Under the pieces are notes generated by a model. The model ran no database searches and was not told the DNA's origin. It saw only the letters and a program-made list of their open reading frames with translations. Below, in pieces: positions 52,409 to 64,000 of a stretch of DNA of 64,000 nucleotides. How positions within the stretch are numbered: the first letter of the stretch is position 1; each line of letters begins with the position of its first letter. Position numbers and translations under genes: made by a program. Origin of the DNA: Aplysia californica (lineage: Eukaryota); contig NW_004798595.1 of assembly GCF_000002075.1 (NCBI RefSeq), positions 18,822-82,821 on the forward strand, in the 5' to 3' direction.

Positions 52409-52699
52409 ACCTCAACGGCCTTCTTAAAATAGTCTGTGGGTATCCCAAATGACACCACATTACTAAAATTAGCAGCCAATCAGAAAGATGCGTCTTCTAC
52501 GTTTAACGGCATGTTGTCTGAGGCCTCCTCTGACGCCTCTGTCCCTCTGCCTCTGCCTCTGGCAGTACTGTGGGTGTAGTGAGGGAGTGAAAGTTGAAAT
52601 TTACCAAAACTTGTAAAAAGATGAGCTGTCACTCTCACCCTATCAGCAACACAAAACAAAAATAATTTTTTAAAACCATTCTTTATGTCAACAACATAC

Positions 52700-52790
52700 A
52701 CGTGTGTCCATCTGGTGTCATCAGATCATTCAGTTTGCTCCAGCAACACGGGCACACGGTACACCAATGTGAAAGTGAAAACGGAAGTCT
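52700..52790 (-). other. TARBP1: Probable non-coding first exon of TARBP1 (second exon acceptor at 48047)
   Basis: Minus-strand donor CGT|GTATGT at 52699. An acceptor (cctatgcag) lies 69 nt upstream of the ATG at 47978, so an upstream exon is required. An ACTTCCG motif sits at the putative start. Confidence 0.6.
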
Positions 52791-53156
52791 GTAACATGAC
52801 AAAATACTTTCGTCTTATTTGAGGCCAGTTTTTTACTTTGGGGGTGGGGGGGATTCATTTGTTGACTTTTTAATTAATTAATTTTCTTAGAAAGAATAGA
52901 TAGATAGGTCTAGTAATAACTCAAATTTTTGTGAGAAAAAAAATATTCCAAAAATTCCAATTGTAATTAAAAGAGCTACAATTTGGCCAACTATTCGCAT
53001 TACACAAGCTACAAATTAGGAACATACCGTAATCAAGAGTTGGACCATAATATTTATGCCCTAGTTTATTATAATTCAGATCACAACACCCCCCAAACTT
53101 TGTGATCTTCTTTCACAAGTTTAGCATTGGCCTGGCTTCAGGATTTTTACTTCCGC
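52781..53156. promoter_or_regulatory. Putative bidirectional promoter TARBP1/GMF
   Basis: Divergent first exons about 370 bp apart, with mirror ETS-like ACTTCCG motifs at 52782-52788 (-) and 53149-53155 (+). Confidence 0.6.
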
Positions 53157-53273
53157 ATCGAGGGGGAGTGTCGCCGTGGTTCGTTGCTTCCTGGATATTA
53201 CAAATCGACGAAGACCCTCCAAACTAAACCCACCAACTTGTCTTTCCAGTGGTTCAAACTTGCTACAATAACA

Positions 53274-55819
53274 ATGGTCAGTACGCATTCTAATTTGTGT
53301 TTTAAGACTAAACTAAACGTAGGTTTGAAAATAGACTTACACGTTCCGTTTATCTTCACAGTAAATCATAGTTGCCACCAGTTTAATCTGTCAAGAGGAG
53401 ATCTAATCTAGATTTTCTAGATCTAGATCTAGATCTAGATCTAGATCTAGATCTAGATTCTATATCTAGATATATAGTATAGATCTAGTCTAGATCTATA
53501 TATCTAGATTAGATCTATAATCTAGATATATCTAGATCTAGATCTAGATGTAGATCCAGATTATAGATCTAGATCTAGATCTAGATTCTAGAATCTAGTC
53601 TGACTTAGAACTTAGGTTAGGAGTTGGCCTGTCATGATTTATTATAGAGAAAGATCTATAGATTCTATAGGCCTATTATAGGCTCCCCTATTATATCTAT
53701 GATTTCTATGTGTGTGTGTTTTATAAAAAAGAGTCTTGGCTAACGAGAAGCCTATAATAACGTAATAGATCTAGATCTAGAAATCTAGTAATTTCTAAGT
53801 TAAGATAAATGAGAAAGCCGTTTTTTTACATTCACGACAGATGACACATCATCATAGTCTGACATAGACTATCATAGTAGTCTTAGCCTTAGTTTTGATA
53901 TAATCAACTAGATCCAGGCCTTAAACTTGAATGACTTCAACAAACAAGTAGAATCTAGCCTAAAAGTCTTTATAGATCTAGATATTAGAGATAGACATTA
54001 TTATATTATAGTTAATTAGGCCACCTCTATTTCTCAGAACGCTCGGGAAAATAAACTTGAACTCTAGGGAAGATTGAAGAATACTGGACCACTCGTATAC
54101 ACATTATTGCGCGAGAATGTGGGGTGGGTGCGGCGGGTGAAGGAGGGGGTGGGGGGTTCAGTGGGGTCTCCCCCCTGACGAAATTTTTAATGATTAGATC
54201 TACCGGTCCGAGATTCTCCATTGAGAGATAAAAACTGGGGAAAATCATGAATTCCTAAGGTTGAGACATAGGCAAAGTCAGTCCGCTGGTCCGATATTCT
54301 TCAATCTTACCGAACTGTATTTCTCAATAATACGGTTTCTGTTCTCGAGATTTTTGGGTTATTTGCAAGTGGAGTGGCCTGTGTGTGTGTGTTTGTTTGT
54401 GTGTGTATAAGGTGTGAACGGGAGGAGGGTGTAGGGGCGTGGAGGTATTTTTTTTGTAGATCTAGAGTTTTTGCTTAGGGGTGACTAAATGCAAAAGGTT
54501 ACTGCCAAAGTCGAGCAGTCTTGTTTTCTCGCAGTACATTTTGAATTTGAAAGCATTTTCAAATGAAGTATAGTCCGGGAACGTTGCCCCAACCACAATT
54601 GAAGGATCTGAATATTCAGACATCTAAAAATCTCTAGCTCATGAAATTGAATTCGATGCAAAAAAAATTAAATGCTTCTTCCCAGTCCTCGCAGAATGAA
54701 AGATGACACCGAACTCTCGCAAATAACCAAAAAATTTCGAGAACTGAAACCGTTTGGAGAAATTCTGAAATAGAGGTCAAGTTTATTTGCCCGAGCGTTT
54801 GAAGAAATAGTCACTCTTTAGCCTACTCTAGAAATCTATTCTAGATCTAGAATCTAGATCCAGACACTCACACCCTGTCACTTTTGCACTGCTTGCACCC
54901 CTGTATTGTTGGCCCTATCATCCTATGATACTTGCCCTGCCTACACTATTTAATTAAATTTAAGGCCTCATAAATGTAATTCAAAGTCAGTAAAATCCTG
55001 TCTTCTATTGAAATTCTCTCTTTGTTGTTAAAGGAAGACAAAGTCAATGTTACAACTTAACAACTGTGAATGCCTTTTCAGAATACTTTGTGGTGTGGTA
55101 CTCAGATGGTACTGTGCAATTGTTTCTTTTCTTGCTTGCACATTGGACCCCTGACACTGACTGATAGAGTTTCTTTTCATCATCCTTCAAAAGATGATAT
55201 ATATGGGAATGGAAAATTGATAATATAATTTCAGTAAAGTAAGAAAGGATAGATTCAAAAACCTTTCCCCTGCTACGGTTGTCGAAGTAATTTTATGAAG
55301 AGATGGGAGGATGAAGTAGAAAAGAGGGAAGGACCATGGATGAATATAATATCTATATATAATTTGTTTTCTAACTTAAATGTCAAATGAGTTGTCTGGA
55401 CTTGAAACTGAGCTCCTGTTGATGAATGAGTGCTCTTCTACTGCATCAATCTCTTTTTTAAAGTAGATGGGTCATTACTTACTCCTCTATTGGATGAATA
55501 TAGCGGTATTCTTTTTTAAAAAAGTAAAAGTGTGTGTAAAAAGTTAGGTTTTTGTAAGGGAGACAAAACGGGACCGTAGGCACAGTTCGACGGATGCGTG
55601 ATTGCGAGTAATCTGTGTTCGACCTATCCAGGTTACTGTATGAAGTGCATTTTTATAAGCATTTGCTCTATTTTAACGCCTGCTTACGTTTACACAGAGT
55701 TCTAGGTGCTTTTTATTATCAATCAAAGTACAAAACTGTGAAAATAGCTCACACACTCACACACCCTTATTCACACACACACACTTATCCACTTAAATGC
55801 ACCACACAAGCGCATGCAG

Positions 55820-55858
<39 letters not shown>

Positions 55859-56312
55859 CACAGACATCTTTTCTCTCATCACACATGCACACATTGTAAT
55901 ACTTCATCATGAATGGGCCTTTCAAAAGCATTTGTAATATAATCAAACCTTTATCGCCACCCTTGGGATGAGAGAGAAGCTCACCGCTAGATGTGCACAT
56001 CCACATGGAAGTGAAGCTTTTAAAAGCTCAAAATGTGACTCTTCTCTGCCAAAATTTGTCTTATTATATATTGGCCATAGCAGAAGATTCAAGTTGTACC
56101 TAAAGCTTTATTTAATTTCTTTAAGAAATTATTCCCTGCAGATGCAGTGGTCATTGTTGGGCGCTGTCAGGCGAACGTTAAATTATTATCAATAATTACC
56201 ATTAATCATTTTTAATATATTTAACCCTGTTGCTATTATTATTGTTTGATCACTATATTAATTATCATAAATGTGTATTATTATAGTATTTTTATTAATA
56301 TTATCATTATGA

Positions 56313-56347
<35 letters not shown>

Positions 56348-59300
56348 AATGGTTATTATAAATTTTATGTCATTTTTTTTTGGTGTATAGATGGGTTATT
56401 TGTTGTAATTAATAGCCGTTTCTTTTGTGTTAAATAAACTAATATCTTTTTCAATTTATTTTGATTTCAGTCAAGCAATGTCACTATTTGTGAAACATCA
56501 GCTGATGTGTTAGCTTTAGTGAAAAAGTTCAGAATGCGGAAAGAGAAGAATATTGCTGCAATTGTTTGTAAGTAACACTTTTCTCTGATAGCGATTACAA
56601 GTTCTATTATTAATTATATTCTCTATATTTTGGGATCTGATTGTTTGCCCTGAAACCACTCTTTTTCAGGGAAATGGGATTTTTCATTGCTCTTAATAGG
56701 TCTTATCATAGCTCTTTCTCCTTCTACAGTTGTTTTGGGCTCTTCTTTTCTGTTTCTTTGGATCCACCAAATCACCCTTAAATGTAATCTATGCTTTTGC
56801 TTCAATATTAGAACGAGCAATTATGTTATTTTTGCTAAAATTAGTTTGTCAATTTTTGTGAACACCTGAAAGACCATAGAATTGGTGTAATATTGTTTCG
56901 TGGGGTTCAGATGTATTTTTTTTTTTTTTTTACTTAATCTTGATTTCTTTTCACAAATAGCTTGGTTTATATCTTTTCTTTTTCCTCTCACTTTGTTATC
57001 CACTAATTTCCTCTTTTGTTCCTTTTTTGTTTCTGACTGTTTTGTCAATACACATCCCCTTTTCTTTCTTTCCTTTCATAAATGTATAAACTCATACACA
57101 TAAAACATGCTGATNNNNNNNNNNNNNNNNNNNNNNNNNNNNNNNNNNNNNNNNNNNNNNNNNNNNNNNNNNNNNNNNNNNNNNNNNNNNNNNNNNNNNN
57201 NNNNNNNNNNNNNNNNNNNNNNNNNNNNNNNNNNNNNNNNNNNNNNNNNNNNNNNNNNNNNNNCTCACAAGTCTGTTTGAAGACTTTCTTGCATGCTATT
57301 TCAGACCATTATTGCTGCCTGCCATTGGCAATCAGAGATTTACAAAATGATTTGCTGATAATGTTCAATTGAATGCCCTCAGTGAAAATTGACAAGCCTA
57401 CTTTGACTATTGTCCTGGATGAGGAACATGAGGTAGAAGTTTTTTACTGAAAAGTGACAGGGTCATAATTTTGTTTAAGGGCTATTCCATGGTAACTGAC
57501 AGGACATTTTAACTATACTTTCTTACAATTCAATATCAGTTAATTTATTTCAACTTTCTATGATCAGAACATTGGAAGACATATTATTAAGATAAAATAC
57601 CTCATTTGGCTGGTCAGTTACCAAAACTAAACATGTTACAGAATTTGTATAAAGTACTTTTTTTCAAATGACTGAATTTAATACAGTTTTTAATCTGTCT
57701 TACAAATTTTCTGATCATTTAAAATCTAAATGATATAAAATTACAGTGTTATCATTGTAAGAAAATATAGTCCAAATGTTAATGTCCCGTCAGTTACCGT
57801 GGAATAGCCCCTAATAGCAAACATAATTAGACTAGCCTATGCTGAATGAATTTTTTTTTGAAAGGTCATTTAAAAATCTCTTTCACATTTTCACTCATGT
57901 TATATTCATTTCATGATTATGATATTTCAATATATTCCTACATCTTTTCTTAAAAACTGCTTTCATGAAAGTAAAGGTACTGTGTCTGATTTACTTTACA
58001 TTTGTACTGCATGTTGATTAGAGCATTATTTTCTGAGGGTGACCTTATTTGAGATATTTGTAGAGTGTTCTTTTATACTAAATTATAATAGTCTTTTAAT
58101 ATACTCTGGTAGTGGTGTGCTGTTGCCATTAAGCACATAGATAAAACTAAAATGAACGACATAGATGCTAAATGGGGGGAAGCGAAAATAACTCTGAAAT
58201 TCTGAGGATCAGTTACCGTAGCGAAAAAAGGGTAGTCCAATTAAGGTTTTGAGGGGGGGGGGGTTATCTTATTGGGCCTGTACAGTCAAAGTAAGCACTC
58301 CTGTACCACTGTTGAAGTCTTTCTTGCAAGATTATATTGGTAAATGTATTGACCTGTAAATTATCGAAATCTGCAAATATCCATCTACTTGCATTTGACA
58401 AAAGAAAACATTTTAAGGTGAATTTGTGTGTGTCACTTCGTGATTAGTGATTCATTGTTGTTATATTTATCTGCAGGATATCACAATTGAAGATCTTCAG
58501 GATGAGCTGCCCGCTCAACAGCCGAGGTACATCATCTTGAGCTATGTACAAAAACACGATGATGGACGGACGTCATTTCCTTTGATGTTCATCTATGTCA
58601 CTCCCCAAGGTCAGTAGGCCTACATGATAATGCCCTTTTTCAGTTCAGCAACAAGTGGTAGTTGTGTGCTTCTCCTGTTTTGCTTTTGGACAAGGATTAA
58701 AACTAAAAGTAGAAATATTCCTTGGAGAACAAAAAAAAAAACATTTTTAAAAAGAAAATTACATCTAGTGTGGGTTTTTTAACCCCCCCCCCCCCCTCAA
58801 CTTAAGCTTATTTAGGAGGAAGGCTTCTGACCCTGCCTGTCGGGGACAACCCGGGCTGAGAGGGATATATGTATGCAACACATCCAAGCAGAAAAACCGA
58901 GATATCGTATTCAATACTGAGGAATCGAAGTCAGGTCTCCTGCATGTGACAGCAAAGCACCTAACTGCCACACCACAGATGTCAGTTTAACTTCTGTGTA
59001 TTTATCATGTTTGTCATTTTGTTCCATGTGAGGTCTGAAAAAGTTTTGTTGATACTTTTTTTTGGCTTTGTTGTTGCACAGATGTGCTTGTCATTGAAAT
59101 GGTAATATTGAAGTTCCCAGGATCGAAACATTGTTTTAAAAGCAGATGAATTTTAGTTTTAAGGAAGCAATGTCACATATATGTGTTTGCCAGTTCAGGA
59201 TCCCAATCCCGGGACTTGTGATTCAACATTTTCCGTATATTTCTTCATTGTCAGCTATGAAAATTAACTCATTATGTAATATGATTATTGGTTTGTTGTT

Positions 59301-60416
59301 TTTTTCAGGATGCAATCCTGAGCAGCAAATGATGTATGCAGGTTCAAAATTAGAAGCTGTAAAAAATTTGGGACTNNNNNNNNNNNNNNNNNNNNNNNNN
59401 NNNNNNNNNNNNNNNNNNNNNNNNNNNNNNNNNNNNNNNNNNNNNNNNNNNNNNNNNNNNNNNNNNNNNNNNNNNNNNNNNNNNNNNNNNNNNNNNNNNN
59501 NNNNNNNNNNNNNNNNNNNNNNNNNNNNNNNNNNNNNNNNNNNNNNNNNNNNNNNNNNNNNNNNNNNNNNNNNNNTTCTACATTGTCCTGCACTCAGTAA
59601 CTTGCTCACTCATGACTTTTATACAAACCAGATTTAGGGGAAAGATATGATTTATTCTGGGGAGTAATGCTTTCTGTTTTAATGTTTTGTTTTACAATTG
59701 CATGTTTCACTCAACACACATGTTTCCACATTCATAAATAAGGTAAATAACAGAGTTCCCCCTCCTCCTGCCCCTCTGTTTGTTAGAACTATACCGCAAT
59801 TCTGTAGAAGATTTTTATTGTTTTGTTATCTGTAAACTGACCATTGTGTAGATGTAAAGTTTAACTTTAAGGTTGTAGTTCTGAGCTAAAACAAATCTCC
59901 ATCGTAAGGCAAGTGACATCTTTCTCAACAGTGCTTGAAATTTTTTTGTCGATCAGTATTGTTATTATGCTAAAGATATAACATGAAACAAGAGATGATG
60001 ATAATGTGTTAGATGTAGAATAATCTTGATCAGAAAAGTTTTATAACTACAGCAATGTTTTGCAATACTGTAGAAAGATGAGGAGAGGAGACATTGAATT
60101 GAATTAGGGGGGTGGGGGGGGGGGGGTGTTTGTTGTTTTTTGTAGTTTTGTTTGGGTTGTTTTTGGGGGTTTTCAGGGGGGGAGGGGGTTCAACTTAATA
60201 TTGTGTAAAGCAGATGGAGTGTTGGTAAACTGATGGGAATAGACTGTTGTTGAATAGTTCCATACATTCTACTGTGCAGATGTAATCATTCAGTGATTCT
60301 ATTCTGTTATCCTTTCATTTATATGGACCTCTTGTATCTGTCAGGTGATTGAACTGAGGAGTCTTGAAGATCTCACAGAAGAAACTGTTTTGGACAAGCT
60401 CAAACTTTTCAAATAG
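53274..60416 (+). CDS. GMF: Glia maturation factor (ADF-H family, Arp2/3 debranching factor), about 142 aa
   Basis: Exons 53274-53276 (ATG|gtcagt), 56471-56567, 57383-57432, 58477-58609, 59309-~59382 (end lies in the N gap) and 60345-60416. Translation: MSSNVTICETSADVLALVKKFRMRKEKNIAAIVLKIDK...DELPAQQPRYIILSY...[32 protein letters not shown]...EDLTEETVLDKLKLFK. Confidence 0.95.
53400..53600. repeat. (TAGATC)n self-complementary microsatellite
   Basis: Long AGATCT/TCTAGA array just downstream of GMF exon 1. Confidence 0.95.
54019..54817. mobile_element. Related MULE-like element in GMF intron 1 (no clear TSD)
   Basis: Starts GGCCACCTCTATTTCTCAGAACGCTCGGG, with an inverted CCCGAGCGTTTGAAGAAATAG end and internal inverted blocks. 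Confidence 0.6.
57478..57811. mobile_element. MITE with GGG(G)C termini and TWA flanks (PIF/Harbinger- or Zator-like)
   Basis: GGGCTATTCCATGGTAACTGACAGGACATT ... AATGTCCCGTCAGTTACCGTGGAATAGCCCC|TAA. Confidence 0.8.
58800..58978 (-). mobile_element. tRNA-SINE remnant; a related 3' piece is at 21363-21412
   Basis: The reverse strand reads CTGTGGTGTGGCAGTTAGG...GACTTCGATTCC (A and B boxes). The body is similar to 21363-21412 in inverted orientation. Confidence 0.55.
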
Positions 60417-62162
60417 TCATCATCTCTCAGGGCAAGTGTTCTGAGTGAATATCTTTCTATCATGTACAAAGACTATGTTTGTATATTGTAAACTATGTTC
60501 TATCTTTTAATTTTGATCATACAGTAATTTGTCTTGCATTCTGTTTGGGTCAGGCACATATTGCTGAAAATAATGCCAAATAGTCTTTGTTAAATTAAAA
60601 GTAAAATTACTGAGGTTATATTTGTTTTTTCCTGTCAATTCTTTCAATTGGGAAAAAAAATAATCCAATGTCCAAATCTGTTGATTTTAAAAAAAAAGAG
60701 GGAGGGGGGGACCCAAAAAACCCTGAAAATACTCTGTGTAATCCTCCATTCTACTACAGTTCTTACTTCAGGTTCCTTATTTTTGCTCCTTTTTCGACAG
60801 ACTCCAGGGGTCGTATGACATGGGAAAACATCATAATATTCTGCATAAAGACTACCCTCATTGATAACAACTTTTTGCCACACGATTGATATGTAGAAAA
60901 AAGATGTTTGTCAACAGAAATTATTTACTTTGCAATTTTTTGTAAATAAATGTAAGGATGCAAACAAGAATCTTTTGCCTTTCTATTTGTGTGATTGCTG
61001 CTAGTATAAATGGCCTTGTTTCTTACCCAAACTATCCTTGCAGACTTTTGTCAAGATCAAAGTTCTGTGAAATTCTGTCAGAAACATTGTTTCCGACCAG
61101 AAACTCTACTACTGAGTCAGTTTCTTAAACAAAGTAAAGCTCAAAGGCAATATATTTGTCTTTTATGAAGAAAGAGGTATTTTGAGGGATGCATAATTTT
61201 TGTTTTGTAATATGGAAAGAAATTTATTCATTTGTAACACACAATTTAAATGAATTCAGCTATGTTAAGATTGATAGTGTTCAATCTTTGAACATTTGCT
61301 GTGCCATGTTTGAAGTCGTGCTTTTTTTTTCCAAGTTAATACACATAGTGCATTGACAAATAAAAATATTACATCTGAAGTACTGATAATTTTTTTTTTT
61401 TTTTTTTTTCAATTCATGATCCAACCTTTATTAATGTCTCTAGGCCTTTGATTCCTAGCTCCCTTAGCCTACAAAATCCATGCATCTGAGTACTTTTGGA
61501 TCAACTGTCATATTTTCTCCGGTGCAGCTGAGAGATACCTGTTTAAGTTTACGGGAAAAGGCAAATTTTGCACTCACTCAGGCACGGGCTCTGGTCTATA
61601 TGGTAGAGGAACTAAAGTGTGTGTAGTGTGCAGTGTCTTTTTACTTTTCAAGTTTTTAAAAAGTCCTTACTCTACCAACATCTTCATCATGCATGCAAGA
61701 TATAAGAGGTCAATTGCCAAATGGGGAAAGCATTAGGATTATGTTTGGAAGTTTGTAACACAATTCTGATTAACCTTGATAGACAAGCTAACTGCATTCT
61801 TCATATGTGTGTGTGCTTGGTGAAAGGTCCCAGTTGTCAATAGTTGTGGATATTAACATAAGGAGACATTCTAGTAGCAAATTCAATTCTGAACATGCTG
61901 ATTTTAAAAAAAAAAAAATTTCAAAATATCCGGAGTGGTTTTAAAGATATGCCATATTTTGTAATACAGGGTGTCAAAAACAAAGTTTGGTGGAAAACCC
62001 AATTTCTAGCATATTTTTAGTGAAGTACATGATTCAAAAATAACTAATAAAAATATTTAGACTTTAAATATTATAAAATCCTTTCTATGTTTTTAAGAAA
62101 TGGTTAAACATGTATTTTCTGATGGAACTATAGCTTTGCCGATAACTGGGACCTCTCTCTAG

Positions 62163-62163
<1 letters not shown>

Positions 62164-62215
<52 letters not shown>
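62164..62215. repeat. (CA)n microsatellite
   Basis: Pure CA run. Others are at 22-58, ~48865-48969 and ~55820-55862. Confidence 0.95.
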
Positions 62216-62219
<4 letters not shown>

Positions 62220-64000
62220 ATAAATTGTCTGAACTGTCTTTAGAGGGTGTCAAACTTTCACATTATATTCAACAATTAAATGCTCCCTTACTTGAGGGTA
62301 TTTGTGTCTTGAATTTCTTTTGTATGTTAATTTTTATACTGTAAAGAGAAAACTGCCAACGATGTGCACTAATTTTTTAAAATCTTTGTATTTTATTGTT
62401 TCCACATATATTTCTTTCAATCCCTGTGGAGACAGTGTCTGTTCTAATTCCTTTCTTTCCCCATGAACATTGTCATGTGGCAGAGGCACCATGCAAATGA
62501 GTTTATAAAAAGCAATTTTTATATGATTCTGATCTACTTTCTTTGAGGGTTTTCCGGTAATGATCCGAAGAAGACATTTTTTTAAAGAGCTTGGCGTTTT
62601 GAGAGAAGCAGGCATTTTAATACGCCGCTTTTTTCCCCCATTTCTAGTTTGACCCAACAAAAGATGCTGCATGGTCCTTGTGACCTGATGTGGTTGATTT
62701 TTTTAATATTGAGGATTAGGTCAGTTCTTGGAGGGATTTATTTACACCCCAAATGATTTACAAATGCCAGTTGAATTAAACTTGCTTTCATGGCTTACTC
62801 AAGGTGAGTAGGATTATACAACATATTATGTGAAATTATGAATATATACTCATTGTATATGACACACAACACAATCAGTGAAGGGCAGAGACACTTCCAG
62901 TATGTTTCAATTATACATAGAAATTTATCACTATCTTTACAAAAATTTACCTGCAAATGAGTTTATTTTTTAGACAGGCATGTAGGAAGAAAATTTTATA
63001 TATATATAGATCTAGTACTTTTAGTAGCCATAAGCATAGCATATGGAAGGTACTTATTTTAATGCCTGTATGTTGCATCGTCATCAGTACCAGTGGCCTC
63101 TGTGATTCTGTACATGGGTAGTTCATATCTTGGCCACTATATAGATCTAGATGTATTTGTATTTGTAATGTTTCGGACAGAAAGTGCAGTTTACACGTTT
63201 AAAGCTAGTAAGTGATCAAACGTGGTTTATTAAGTGTACTCATGGCAACACTTTAAAAACAACTCTTGTATGCATTCTTATCAGAGAGTATTATTGCTGC
63301 TAGAGGTAGTTTATTTTGATTTTGTTTAATTTTTAAAACGAGTCAGTGCAACTTTAACCACATTTTGCATGGAAAGAGATAATATGATATGAGAAATATA
63401 TTCTGAAAGGAAATAATGGCTGTCTGCAGTGCAGTATCAACAGACCTCCTGTGAAGTATTACTAAATATAAGCTGTTTGTGTAATTTCTTACATTCCACT
63501 CGCTGCTTTGGCTTTTTCAGTGAGAGTCCTAGTCTATCACAATTGTATGTAAGAAAAAGAGTGTGTAAATAGGAGGTACAAGTTCTAAACATCTGGTCTT
63601 TCTCTGTGTTGTCTCTGATCCATTGATTCTGAGACGTTTGCAAGCTTGCTACATTTTGCTCAGGCTGCAGCCTCACTCTATGGAGCTGTTTCTGTCAGTG
63701 TAAATAAATGTTTAACCCATAGCCTACATTGAACATAGAACTCACTGTGTGAACTTTTCTGAAGTGGGTGTATAGTTGTACATTAAAGTTGCAACCCATC
63801 TCCGTTGAATGCACTTATTTCTTTGATGACAGAATGTACTGTAGTCTTAAAGAAACAAGTTACATTCCATGAATGCAATTTTTTTTTTACATCTCTGTTA
63901 TTTTTTATCTTGGGCCTTACTATGCATCAGTATTTAGTTGGCCCTCCCTTTATACTGTGCATTCTATTTGAAAATAAAGAGTGCCTCCTTGTTCTTTCAT

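Larger units (their letters stand above)
51204..52502. mobile_element. TTAA-flanked non-autonomous DNA element (Kolobok/piggyBac-like target), carrying a tandem repeat and a nested MULE-like insert
   Basis: TTAA|ACGTAGAAGGACGCA ... TGCGTCTTCTACGT|TTAA. Confidence 0.8.

Noticed and set aside
60420-64000. Further genes after GMF
   Set aside because: Only short AT-rich ORFs, consistent with 3' UTR or intergenic DNA.

Overview
Eukaryotic, AT-rich, intron-rich draft genomic sequence with five N-gaps. It is an invertebrate animal, and a mollusc-like origin is only an impression. Three conserved spliced genes can be rebuilt exon by exon: CCDC167 (+, 1339-7763), TARBP1/TRMT3, a SpoU tRNA Gm18 methyltransferase (-, 20733-47978; 25 visible coding exons, one more probably in a gap), and glia maturation factor GMF (+, 53274-60416). 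TARBP1 and GMF are head-to-head across about 370 bp. The most unusual feature is a 9.3-kb nested transposon at 11216-20505. It is a hAT-like element with 13-bp TIRs and a 6-bp TSD. It holds a MULE (9-bp TSD), LINE ORF1 and Gypsy integrase fragments, a decayed piggyBac with a 439-bp tandem amplification, and a THAP/P element inside the piggyBac. All recognisable coding fragments are on the + strand, antisense to TARBP1. The nest appears to lie between the TARBP1 stop codon and its likely original poly(A) signal. Introns carry many MITEs, SINE/LINE remnants and palindromic (TAGATC)n arrays. Family assignments come from recalled motifs, not from database searches.
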